From the IMG/VR virus record IMGVR_UViG_3300024520_000018: a DNA stretch of 41,657 nucleotides. One strand, 5' to 3'. This document shows positions 32,663 through 40,409 of this stretch, one piece after another. Within the stretch, counting starts at the first letter, position 1. Each line of letters begins with the position of its first letter. The notes beneath the pieces were generated by a model. That model ran no database searches. It was not told where the DNA came from and saw only the letters and a program-made list of their open reading frames with translations. The translations under genes and the position numbers were made by a program. The DNA comes from a virus.

Positions 32663-33421
32663 CGGAGATATTTTATTAACAGTTATTGCGTTCTTAACGA
32701 CCTGCATATTCCTTTCCATGATAAGAAAGTAGTTAATCTTTTATTGTCGTTTTTGAAGAAAAATAAGGTAGATGAAATTGTCCTCAATGGCGATATCGTA
32801 GACTGCCAGCCGATATCTACCTTTGATAAACGACCATTTAGCCCTTCCTCGTTAGACTTAGAGATAGAGGAGTTGGGTAAATTTATTAAAGAACTGCAAA
32901 AAATTACTACCAATATTACTTACATAGGCGGAAACCATGAGGATAGGGCCAGACGCTGGATTTGGAAGAATGAAGCTATTCATAGATTAGGGCAAGATAG
33001 AGGTATTCAAGTAAGCAAACTATCTTTCGCCACTCTGTATGGGTTAGATGAATTGGGTGTCAAATATTTAGAGTATGGGGAAGGTATATGGCTGGGTAAG
33101 TTATATGTGTATCACGGGAAGATTGTGAGGAAGCACAGTGCCTATAGTGCAAGATCGGAGTGGGAAGGAAATGGATGTTCCACATTGACTGGCCACACGC
33201 ATAGAATGGGTAGGTATTCTGTAACTTTAAGGGGAGGAACATACGCCTCCTTTGAAAATGCCTGTCTCTGCTCCCTAAATCCAGAATACATAAAGGGAGT
33301 TCCTAACTGGCAACAAGGGTTCTCTATAATCCATGTGTCGCCTAATGGTTTATTTAACGTCAACCAAATCGACATTCTCAAGAGGAGTAGCTTGTTCTAT
33401 GGTGGGAAGCAATATACTTGA
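32663..33421 (+). CDS. calcineurin-like metallophosphoesterase (start codon unresolved)
   Basis: LNDLHIPFHD, VLNGDIVD, GGNHEDR and GHTHRMG. The DxH motif (32699-32707) lies upstream of the first canonical start (TTG 32744). The open frame begins right after the TAG at 32660-32662. Confidence 0.65.
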   Translation, partial: RRYFINSYCVLNDLHIPFHDKKVVNLLLSFLKKNKVDEIVLNGDIVDCQPISTFDKRPFSPSSLDLEIEELGKFIKELQKITTNITYIGGNHEDRARRWIWKNEAIHRLGQDRGIQVSKLSFATLYGLDELGVKYLEYGEGIWLGKLYVYHGKIVRKHSAYSARSEWEGNGCSTLTGHTHRMGRYSVTLRGGTYASFENACLCSLNPEYIKGVPNWQQGFSIIHVSPNGLFNVNQIDILKRSSLFYGGKQYT

Positions 33422-33472
33422 AAAGTTGTTAGACAATAAACCAAATAGTTCTCAATTTTTATTCATAAGAAA

Positions 33473-33497
33473 AGGGCATACCATCGAGGTATGCCCT
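33473..33497 (-). terminator. perfect 10-bp hairpin at the convergence of the two arms (intrinsic terminator, better on the minus strand)
   Basis: AGGGCATACC (33473-33482), ATCGA loop, GGTATGCCCT (33488-33497). On the minus strand it is followed by TTTCTTATGAATAAAAATT. Confidence 0.45.
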
Positions 33498-33687
33498 CAT
33501 TCACACCATCAAGAAGAAGGAGGGGTAAAAAAACTCCTTGATGATGCACCACAGTCCTCTCCCTCACAGCAGTAGACCACTTTCTCTACTAAAAACTTAT
33601 TGTCCTTTAATTTATCTTTTACATAATATCCTTGTGATAAATAATACATTAGATTTCGCATCCCCACAACCATCGTGTCTGTTGACA

Positions 33688-33999
33688 TTACGTTTCCTTT
33701 ATATTGATTCGTATTAAGGCAATCGCATCACCAGAATCCTCTACAAATAAACCTAACCCATCATCACTCAAACCCTTTTGGATAGAAGCTGGAAACTCTT
33801 TCATTCTCTTTACTTGAAATCCTAACGCTTGTTTTGCTAACATCAAATCCGCTTTGTAAGGATCACCACTTGCAGAGTGTACGTTAAACACTCTATGTCC
33901 TTTATACAATGCTGATAAAAAGTCTTTAAACCACTTATTCCCTTGTTGTCCCCTTCGTTTGTTTGCCCTACCTATCGCACTCCTAGACCTCTTTTTCAT
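33688..33999 (-). CDS. restriction-endonuclease-fold (Hjc/VRR-NUC-like) nuclease candidate
   Basis: RRGQQGNKWFKDFL...SASGDPYKADLMLAKQALGFQVKR loosely follows G..E...-D-x(n)-(E/Q)xK. The acidic residues are not all canonical. A TTG at 34065 is an alternative start. Confidence 0.3.
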   Translation of the reverse strand: MKKRSRSAIGRANKRRGQQGNKWFKDFLSALYKGHRVFNVHSASGDPYKADLMLAKQALGFQVKRMKEFPASIQKGLSDDGLGLFVEDSGDAIALIRINIKET

Positions 34000-34267
34000 G
34001 GCTATGTCGCAATCTTTGATATGGCGAGTTGTTATTTTGTGTGTTTTCTTGTCTAAACCTTTCAAAATCGCTTAAATAAACTCTTGTGTGTCCCAACCTC
34101 CCATCGTGTCTTTTAAGACGAAAAACTCTTGGGAACACTCCATCTTTCACCATTCTTCTTACTGTTTGGAGACTTACATTCATAATTTGACTAATCTCTG
34201 CCAATGTCAACATTCGATCAATTTCTTCTGCATTGTTTGTTTCCATGTTTTCTCCTATAGTTTTCAT
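33983..34267 (-). CDS. HTH_17/excisionase-type (MerR-like) DNA-binding protein
   Basis: MLTLAEISQIMNVSLQTVRRMVKDGVFP is a typical helix-turn-helix. ATGA overlap with the upstream glycosyltransferase gene. Confidence 0.6.
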   Translation of the reverse strand: MKTIGENMETNNAEEIDRMLTLAEISQIMNVSLQTVRRMVKDGVFPRVFRLKRHDGRLGHTRVYLSDFERFRQENTQNNNSPYQRLRHSHEKEV

Positions 34268-35115
34268 TTTAATATCATCCCATAATTGTTAATTCCTTTA
34301 GGTACGTCTAATCCATCTAGCTTTACTAACTGATTCCTTTTAAATCTGCTGTAATCCACTAAATGATGCCAACGATTAAATCTCCATACTACTTTAGCAA
34401 CGTCTGGGTGCATTTCGGCTAACATCTTGCTTTTTTGAAGTGTCCCCTCTTTATATATCTCCATATTCCCCCCTTTCATTCTTTGCGTTGTTACTTTTCC
34501 TTGCAAGAAAGCGTTAAACTGTATAGTACAATGTCCATCTTTTAACACTCTTAAACATAAATCGGTATCTTCATTGTATCTCCCTCTCCATCTATAAGGG
34601 ATATCGTTTTGTATCAACAGACAAGAATATATCCTTGTATTCAATATAAATGGATAAGATACCTTCTCCGACCTTCTGATAAAATTCTGATAGTTTGGAC
34701 CAGCAATATATACATTCTTATATCTGTCTACGAAATCTTCCATAATCTTAAATATAGTCCCACTCGTAACCAACGCTTTTATGTTTCGGTTTAGTCTGTG
34801 AAATCCTTCTATATTGTCATCCATAATCCAATGTCTCTTTGCCCCACTTTCTGTAGAGTGATCCCATACGAAGTTCCTTGCAGGACCAGACCCCTTCCTT
34901 CTATCCTCGTCTTTCCAAAAAGTGTCATATTCTTCTGAATACTTCTTTGGCAATATAAGTAACTTGTCTCTATCTACATATTCTAAATAGTTTTCGTATT
35001 GTTCTTTTTCTACTACCATTCTATAAGGGACATCAAGTTTGTCCAACAATTTGTATGTCAACCCATTTTCCCAACGACTTTTTGATATAATATAGATAGG
35101 ATAACTAGGATTCAT
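34264..35115 (-). CDS. GT-A fold glycosyltransferase (family not resolved)
   Basis: PIYIISKSRWE (Rossmann-like first strand), WIMDDNI (DxD) and RGRYNEDTDLCLRVLKDG (the G-ED-DL-R motif seen in GT2/GT7-type enzymes). Confidence 0.55.
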   Translation of the reverse strand: MNPSYPIYIISKSRWENGLTYKLLDKLDVPYRMVVEKEQYENYLEYVDRDKLLILPKKYSEEYDTFWKDEDRRKGSGPARNFVWDHSTESGAKRHWIMDDNIEGFHRLNRNIKALVTSGTIFKIMEDFVDRYKNVYIAGPNYQNFIRRSEKVSYPFILNTRIYSCLLIQNDIPYRWRGRYNEDTDLCLRVLKDGHCTIQFNAFLQGKVTTQRMKGGNMEIYKEGTLQKSKMLAEMHPDVAKVVWRFNRWHHLVDYSRFKRNQLVKLDGLDVPKGINNYGMILK

Positions 35116-35350
35116 CTTGCCACCTCAAATTATTGACTTCATCTCCCCAATGCGACTTATAGGGATGCCATATAGATTTTGAAAGGGGAGTTAATTTCTG
35201 CCCTATCTTCTGTGAAAAATCGTTCAAATCTTCCTCTGTTTCAAATCGAACTGTAATGGTAGAGAAAGGGTCTTCTTGTTTTTCTTGAAGGAACTCTGGC
35301 ATATTGTCCCAATGTTCTTCTTTTCCAAACAGTTCTTCTTGTTCTTCCAT
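35105..35350 (-). CDS. hypothetical acidic protein (81 aa)
   Basis: Overlaps both neighbours. EHWDNMPEF...ITVRFETEEDLNDFSQKIGQKLT..KSIWHP looks like a conserved phage module that I cannot name. Confidence 0.55.
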   Translation of the reverse strand: MEEQEELFGKEEHWDNMPEFLQEKQEDPFSTITVRFETEEDLNDFSQKIGQKLTPLSKSIWHPYKSHWGDEVNNLRWQDES

Positions 35351-36633
35351 TATGTTTCTCCCCTTAATATATCGCTTTCATCATAGCTAGATTGTTCTAA
35401 CCACTCAAAACTTCCATCTTCTCTTACTTTAAATTCTATCGTGGGAGTCAACATAGATAAGTTACTTTTTACATGAACTAAAAATGATCTATGATAGACT
35501 CCCTTCCCCATTAATTCTTCCTTGACTTTCCCTACTAGGTAGATAGAACGACAGAGAGCTGGTATTCCACTAGAACCAGATAGGCGATAAATCGTTTCGG
35601 ACATTTGTCCCTTGTTCATATGAGAAATTGCAACCAAAGCACAATCTCTCTCCCTACAAGTTAAGATAAGTTCAGACAATATCTCTCTAATTTCATTATC
35701 ACTAGAAGTGTTTGCATACGCTGGGAAAAAAGCGTTCAGTGGATCAACCACACACATTTTTATATTGTTCTCTACTATCATTTTCTTTATCTCTTGTATT
35801 CCATTGGGATCAAAGCTAATTCCTTCATCAAAAGCAAATATGCGATCTAAGTTCTTATCCTCAAACTTGTTGAGTCTATCCAACAAAACTCCCCTTGCTG
35901 AGTCTTCCCCTAACAAAAACAAACTATTAAAAGCATCCCTATCCTCTTGTAAAGGAAATCCTTTCCCTACAGAACCAGCTACAGCCAATGCTATGGTAAG
36001 ATACGATTTCATGGTGCCGGGCATACCGAAGATGACACTTAAAAACCCCTTTGGTATCCTATTCTTCCATATCCATTTCACTTCTTCGGCTTCCACCTCA
36101 CTCATCTTCATCAACTTTTGGCTTGGCATTTGTATAATAGGGGCATTTTTAACGTGTCCTAGAAGTAATGGGAGTGTTTGTCTATGCACATCTACCCACT
36201 CTACGAAATCTTCCCCAGGGTATAGGCCCTTTAGCTTCACTATCTTGCTTTGTATATTCATCTTTAGAAGTTCCACACTCATTTCCTTTGCAAAACTCTC
36301 GCCACTCACATCATTATCTGGTATGATAATAATTTTCTTTATATTTAACTGTGCAAACCAACGTAATGCTGTGTGATCAACATTTGCCCCATTTGGCATA
36401 GATGTGGCTGGATATTTACCTCCCACAAACTCCCTAAACCTGTCTACACATTTTTCGCCTTCTAAGAGGAAGCAATAATCTTTCTTTGATTTTACTAAAT
36501 CGTATAGCCTATATGGAACTGCCTTTGTCAACGATTTTGTCCAATAAATCTCTTTGGGTTTGTCTGTAAAATCCTTTCTTACTTTGACCCCTATTATCTC
36601 TCCGTACTGATTGGTGTAATTGTAAGTCAGCAT
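35350..36633 (-). CDS. TOPRIM primase domain fused to RecA/DnaB-like (AAA_25) helicase
   Basis: TYNYTNQYGEIIGVKVRK, CFLLEGEKC...IIIIPDNDVSGE (TOPRIM E...DxD), Walker A FGMPGTMKS and FLLGEDS. Confidence 0.75.
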   Translation of the reverse strand: MLTYNYTNQYGEIIGVKVRKDFTDKPKEIYWTKSLTKAVPYRLYDLVKSKKDYCFLLEGEKCVDRFREFVGGKYPATSMPNGANVDHTALRWFAQLNIKKIIIIPDNDVSGESFAKEMSVELLKMNIQSKIVKLKGLYPGEDFVEWVDVHRQTLPLLLGHVKNAPIIQMPSQKLMKMSEVEAEEVKWIWKNRIPKGFLSVIFGMPGTMKSYLTIALAVAGSVGKGFPLQEDRDAFNSLFLLGEDSARGVLLDRLNKFEDKNLDRIFAFDEGISFDPNGIQEIKKMIVENNIKMCVVDPLNAFFPAYANTSSDNEIREILSELILTCRERDCALVAISHMNKGQMSETIYRLSGSSGIPALCRSIYLVGKVKEELMGKGVYHRSFLVHVKSNLSMLTPTIEFKVREDGSFEWLEQSSYDESDILRGET

Positions 36634-36835
36634 TTTTTAATCCTAATGACGAAAGTATGGTTTTCGTGTCGCAACCTTTGTTGCTTTGACACTTTAAAGC
36701 AATATAGTCTCCCTTTGGAGAGTCGAACCATATAAGTGATGGGCGTTTATCGTTATGACTTGGACAACAACCACTGTAATAATTATTATGTTTTCTTGCT
36801 TTTTTAATGTAACCAGCAAAGTCATCACTGTTCAT
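36509..36835 (-). CDS. primase Zn-finger domain ORF, separated from the TOPRIM-helicase ORF by a frame change
   Basis: CCPSHNDKRPSLIW...ALKCQSNKGCDTKTILSSLGL is the CPxHxDxxPSL...C..GC...I...LGL primase zinc-finger pattern. The last ~40 codons overlap the next ORF and look like out-of-frame read-on. Confidence 0.55.
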   Translation of the reverse strand: MNSDDFAGYIKKARKHNNYYSGCCPSHNDKRPSLIWFDSPKGDYIALKCQSNKGCDTKTILSSLGLKNADLQLHQSVRRDNRGQSKKGFYRQTQRDLLDKIVDKGSSI

Positions 36836-38172
36836 AGAGTAAAGATTCTCCTATGTGGCGAAGGAATATCCCAAATGAAGTTACTTTTCTTTGGAAAATA
36901 AAAATCAGTTTTAGGGTAAGAATCAGTTAAATCCACTATTGCTTTAGCGTCAATAAACAAATCTTCTAAAGAATCAAAGTTATCATGTTTCTGAAGTAGT
37001 ACCACACAATCTGCGTTGCTGACATTCTCTATATTAAAATCAACAGACTGCAAAGTTTTCTCCCTACCACTCGCCTCATAAAAAATCATAGATGGCACAT
37101 GGCTATCGTGATAACTGACTACTGCTGATTTCTTTCGGAGAAGTTTATATAAATCCATAGCCCCACTCTCCCTACAATCCGATACATTTGGTTTGTATGC
37201 CACTCCTATTATTAAAATATGTTTTCCACTCAAAGAACCACCAACTGCATCTTCTATAATTTTCAAAACGTGTTTTGGCATGGATTCGTGAATAGCTAAC
37301 GCTGTTTCTGTTAGGTGTAATCTTCGGTTATTTTTATTAGCATGGTAGGTTAAGTAGTAAGGATCAATCGGCAAACAATGTCCCCCTATTAGACTTGGGT
37401 AAAACTTCATAAAACCAAACTCTTTCGTGTCTGCCGATTCTATTACTTCGGAAACGTCTATTCCATTCTCTCTGCAATACTGTGCAAGTTCACACACCAA
37501 AGCAATATTGACGTTTCGAAAAGTGTTTTCATATAGCTTTACCATCTCTGCTGTTTGCGTATTCGACACTTTCTTTATTTTAGTTAGTTTAATATATAGT
37601 TGTGATATAAGGTCTATACATCTTTTTGATACCCCACTTACTATCTTCGTAGTGTTTGTGATATTGTATTTGGTATTGGCTGGATCAATCCTTTCGGGCG
37701 AGAACCCTAGCCAAAAGTCCTCGCCTATGTCCATGCCAGTCCCCTTTCTTAGCTTGGGCAGAATACGATCAATCGTTGTAAAGGGAGAAGTAGTGCTTTC
37801 TAAAATGAATAGCTTACCCTTAATGTCAAAATCTTTTATAGTGGATATAGACTTATCTATGAAAGACATATCTGGTCTTAGTCTACTTTTTGACAAAGGG
37901 GTAGGCACACATATAATAACTACATCAGCAAATTTGATCATAGTGGGATCAGAGGACACATGAAACTTTACTAATTCATATTCTTCTTTGTCAAACTTTT
38001 CTCTTAACTGTGCTATTCTATCAGAATTGGTTTCAAGTGCAGATACCTTATATCCTACCGAAGATAAACCAGCACATAACTCATACCCCACATAACCAGC
38101 CCCTACCACCACTATCTTGCAACTCTGATCTATTATCTTATCTTTTAATTGATTAAAACGGGATGTCGTCAT
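36832..38172 (-). CDS. UDP-sugar (UDP-Glc/UDP-GlcNAc/UDP-ManNAc) 6-dehydrogenase family
   Basis: KIVVVGAGYVGYE, ICVPTPL, ILESTTSP, FSPERIDP, AEMVKLYENTFRNVNIAL and GGHCLPIDPYYL (catalytic Cys motif). Confidence 0.85.
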   Translation of the reverse strand: MTTSRFNQLKDKIIDQSCKIVVVGAGYVGYELCAGLSSVGYKVSALETNSDRIAQLREKFDKEEYELVKFHVSSDPTMIKFADVVIICVPTPLSKSRLRPDMSFIDKSISTIKDFDIKGKLFILESTTSPFTTIDRILPKLRKGTGMDIGEDFWLGFSPERIDPANTKYNITNTTKIVSGVSKRCIDLISQLYIKLTKIKKVSNTQTAEMVKLYENTFRNVNIALVCELAQYCRENGIDVSEVIESADTKEFGFMKFYPSLIGGHCLPIDPYYLTYHANKNNRRLHLTETALAIHESMPKHVLKIIEDAVGGSLSGKHILIIGVAYKPNVSDCRESGAMDLYKLLRKKSAVVSYHDSHVPSMIFYEASGREKTLQSVDFNIENVSNADCVVLLQKHDNFDSLEDLFIDAKAIVDLTDSYPKTDFYFPKKSNFIWDIPSPHRRIFTL

Positions 38173-38956
38173 CTTCGATAGTCTCCGATTCAGTTGAAGT
38201 TATTAAAGGGCTTTCATCTGATTTTTGTATATCCATAAATTTTGCTTCAATATCGGATTTTAATTTTTGCTTCACTTCTTTTTTTAGTTTATGTATGTCC
38301 TCTAACTCTTGAATGGGATTTCCCCAACCATCTTTATACCTCGCCCTCACTCTATTTAAAAATTGGTCTTTCGTAATCCCATACTCTCCACAGGTTACTT
38401 GAAGCATGGTATTAAGATAGTTGTGTTCGTCTTTTGTCCACCATATAGAAGATTGCGTACCCTCGTCCCCTCTGGGAGAGGTAGGTTTTCTGTTTTCAGA
38501 CGAGGCTACGCTTGGGGATTTCGTGGGGGGATTCTTTGATGTCATGTTCCCATCATCATCTAAAAAAGCTGGTACTGAAAGCAAAAACGCCCCTGTCAAT
38601 AAATACCTACTGGCATACGTCAAACTTGATCCCAGCTTTTGCATATCCGATTCATTGGGTAACATAAAACAAGATTCTTCAAATTCCTCTCTATCCATCT
38701 CTCTACCTATCATATCCCAAATTTGCAATTTTAAAATATTCCTTCCAGACTCTGCATGGTTACACATTTTAAACGTGTAATAAATTCCATGTTTTTTTAG
38801 TGGTTCTTGTATTGCTCTATGTAAATCATCTAACGTGGAATACTTAGAGTTAAAATATGGGTTCACTCCGCTTTGTTCTACAACCACCTCATTAATATCA
38901 AACTGTGCTAACCCTCTGCGTTGGTGAAACGTCTTAATCTCCTGCTTCGTAGTCAT
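38153..38956 (-). CDS. erf: ERF-family single-strand annealing protein
   Basis: NPYFNSKYSTLDDLHRAIQEPLKKHGI, QKLGSSLTYASRYLLTGAFLLSVP...DDDG. Confidence 0.75.
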   Translation of the reverse strand: MTTKQEIKTFHQRRGLAQFDINEVVVEQSGVNPYFNSKYSTLDDLHRAIQEPLKKHGIYYTFKMCNHAESGRNILKLQIWDMIGREMDREEFEESCFMLPNESDMQKLGSSLTYASRYLLTGAFLLSVPAFLDDDGNMTSKNPPTKSPSVASSENRKPTSPRGDEGTQSSIWWTKDEHNYLNTMLQVTCGEYGITKDQFLNRVRARYKDGWGNPIQELEDIHKLKKEVKQKLKSDIEAKFMDIQKSDESPLITSTESETIEDDDIPF

Positions 38957-39209
38957 AATAGTTCTCCCTATGTTTTAGTTTCTGAGAAAGTTGTTTTAAC
39001 GTCAAGCCTGTCTTTTCCTTACATATTTCCTCTACTAAATTAACCTTCGCCATCAATTCATTAATCAATCGTCTATCGTTTTCGTAATACTTCTTTGTTC
39101 TCTGCCTTCTTACCTTTTCTTCATAGATATAGTCCTTCACTTCTTCTATGTCCTTACACCTCTCTATAGGTACTTCGTGATCTTTTATTTTATATTTTTT
39201 ATCATTCAT
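38934..39209 (-). CDS. hypothetical early protein (91 aa)
   Basis: ORF with AGGA before the ATG. Has a possible short HTH-like segment (TGLTLKQLSQKL). Confidence 0.55.
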   Translation of the reverse strand: MNDKKYKIKDHEVPIERCKDIEEVKDYIYEEKVRRQRTKKYYENDRRLINELMAKVNLVEEICKEKTGLTLKQLSQKLKHRENYYDYEAGD

Positions 39210-39231
39210 ATTCCTACATTACCATTTTTGT

Positions 39232-39248
39232 TCACTTGACGCAAGTGA
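39232..39248. promoter_or_regulatory. 17-bp palindrome (7-3-7) overlapping a putative minus-strand -35; operator candidate
   Basis: TCACTTG-ACG-CAAGTGA. The minus strand reads TTGCGT, 17 nt, TAATGT, then AGGAAT-ATG (39209). Confidence 0.25.
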
Positions 39249-39412
39249 TTTTGTAATTAGTGGATTCCAATTTCATAATTCCTTTTTCATTCCAGAGTGT
39301 TAGTTTTCTCTTTTTTTTTATTGACAAATTTCAAAAAATATGATATTTATAAATCTAGTTTTTATTGATTGATGGTTTGTATCAATCAACCATTATTCAG
39401 AATTTAGATTCG

Positions 39413-39604
39413 TTAGAAGATAAATTCCTTATCAAACAAAACTAAACAAACTTCTTCCACTTCAAAATCATCTTCAAATTCTTTATCTACTCTAGCTTCA
39501 TTATGTTTTTTTAACCAAAGTTTAAAATTATCTGTCGTGCCTTCATAATTTCTTTCTATATCTGTGCAACCTTTGAAATATACATTGAATAGTTTAGTCA
39601 TCAT
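39413..39604 (-). CDS. hypothetical early protein (63 aa)
   Basis: Member of a chain of overlapping small minus-strand ORFs. Confidence 0.5.
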   Translation of the reverse strand: MMTKLFNVYFKGCTDIERNYEGTTDNFKLWLKKHNEARVDKEFEDDFEVEEVCLVLFDKEFIF

Positions 39605-39800
39605 CTTCCTCCTTTATTTCTTCAATCTCATCATCACATTCGTATTGGTCGTGGTATGCCACAGGTTCACCATCATTTATTAAGACTAAACTTACATCAT
39701 CTTCATACACCTTGTCCCATGCTTCCTCTTTGTTTTTTGCCACAACCTCAATTTGAAATTCAGCTAAATTGTATTGTGAAATTAAATATTTAGGCATCAT
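39594..39800 (-). CDS. hypothetical acidic early protein (68 aa)
   Basis: Overlaps both neighbours by 11 nt. Acidic C-terminus (DDEIEEIKEEDDD). Confidence 0.5.
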   Translation of the reverse strand: MMPKYLISQYNLAEFQIEVVAKNKEEAWDKVYEDDVSLVLINDGEPVAYHDQYECDDEIEEIKEEDDD

Positions 39801-40002
39801 CTTCCTCCCTTTCTAAAAATTCAGCTACCTTTTCACTCGGATCACCATTAGAATTTAACTCTAACCACATATCCATAGACCCCTCATTTAAAATCAATTC
39901 AGCTACTGCACACTCAAGGTTGTATGTAATTTCATTATCCTTTCTATACCTGTCTAAATCGTTCTGTAAATTATTTTCCTTAATCATTTCTTTAAAATTC
40001 AT
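39790..40002 (-). CDS. hypothetical acidic early protein (70 aa)
   Basis: First sizeable ORF downstream of the 40322-40350 promoter region. RBS AGGAGATAG. Confidence 0.5.
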   Translation of the reverse strand: MNFKEMIKENNLQNDLDRYRKDNEITYNLECAVAELILNEGSMDMWLELNSNGDPSEKVAEFLEREEDDA

Positions 40003-40023
40003 TTTAACTATCTCCTAATTAAA

Positions 40024-40263
40024 TGATAGGCGTGGAATGGTTTAAGTTAGTTGTTATTTATTCTTTTTTTTCAAACCTCCTAATGTAAACAAACCTAATT
40101 CATTAATCGGGTTTAATCTTTTTAAAATCCTTTCGGTTATTTCCTTTTCTTCTTTCTTTGTTAAATTGCTTTTTTTAATTCTTTCTGTTGTTTCTTTTTG
40201 TTCTCTATCTATTTCTTTTCTTTTTCTACCCATAGGAATACCCCTTCTATTCCACGCCTATCA
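40024..40263. repeat. 15-bp perfect inverted repeat pair flanking a 59-aa ORF
   Basis: TGATAGGCGTGGAAT (40024-40038) and ATTCCACGCCTATCA (40249-40263) are exact reverse complements, 210 bp apart. Confidence 0.85.
40054..40233 (-). CDS. 59-aa highly charged Lys/Glu-rich ORF (below the track cutoff)
   Basis: My translation is MGRKRKEIDREQKETTERIKKSNLTKKEEKEITERILKRLNPINELGLFTLGGLKKKNK. It is the first ORF after the promoter at 40322-40350. Confidence 0.35.
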   Translation of the reverse strand: MGRKRKEIDREQKETTERIKKSNLTKKEEKEITERILKRLNPINELGLFTLGGLKKKNK

Positions 40264-40321
40264 AATGTAAAAGAACATTAGGCAAAAGAAACTTCTGCCA
40301 TTTATTAATACTTACTATTAC

Positions 40322-40350
40322 ATTGTAGCACATTTTATAACCTTTGTCAA
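40322..40350 (-). promoter_or_regulatory. consensus sigma70-like promoter on the minus strand
   Basis: The minus strand reads TTGACA (40350-40345), 17 nt, TACAAT (40327-40322). Confidence 0.55.
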
Positions 40351-40409
40351 CCCCTACATATAGTAGGTTTGTAAGTTGCTACCTACTATATATAGTGTTG
40401 TCCTATGGG

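Noticed and set aside
33333-33575. 80-aa plus-strand ORF overlapping the end of the phosphoesterase gene and running through the convergent hairpin
   Set aside because: It overlaps the 3' end of a well-supported gene in another frame, crosses the terminator hairpin at 33473-33497, and has no RBS. It is most likely non-coding intergenic sequence.
33983-34267. Excisionase, and therefore a temperate/prophage lifestyle
   Set aside because: The HTH_17 fold is shared by many small phage regulators. No integrase, recombinase, attachment-site repeat or CI-like repressor was found, and the sequence closes on itself as a free phage genome.
35708-36376. 222-aa plus-strand ORF antisense to the primase-helicase. 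The plus-strand ORFs 37427-37963 and 38421-38780 are similar cases.
   Set aside because: All lie fully inside minus-strand genes with strong family motifs (Walker A/TOPRIM, GGHCLPIDP, ERF). Their products are low-complexity Ser/Phe/Leu-rich sequences with no start context.
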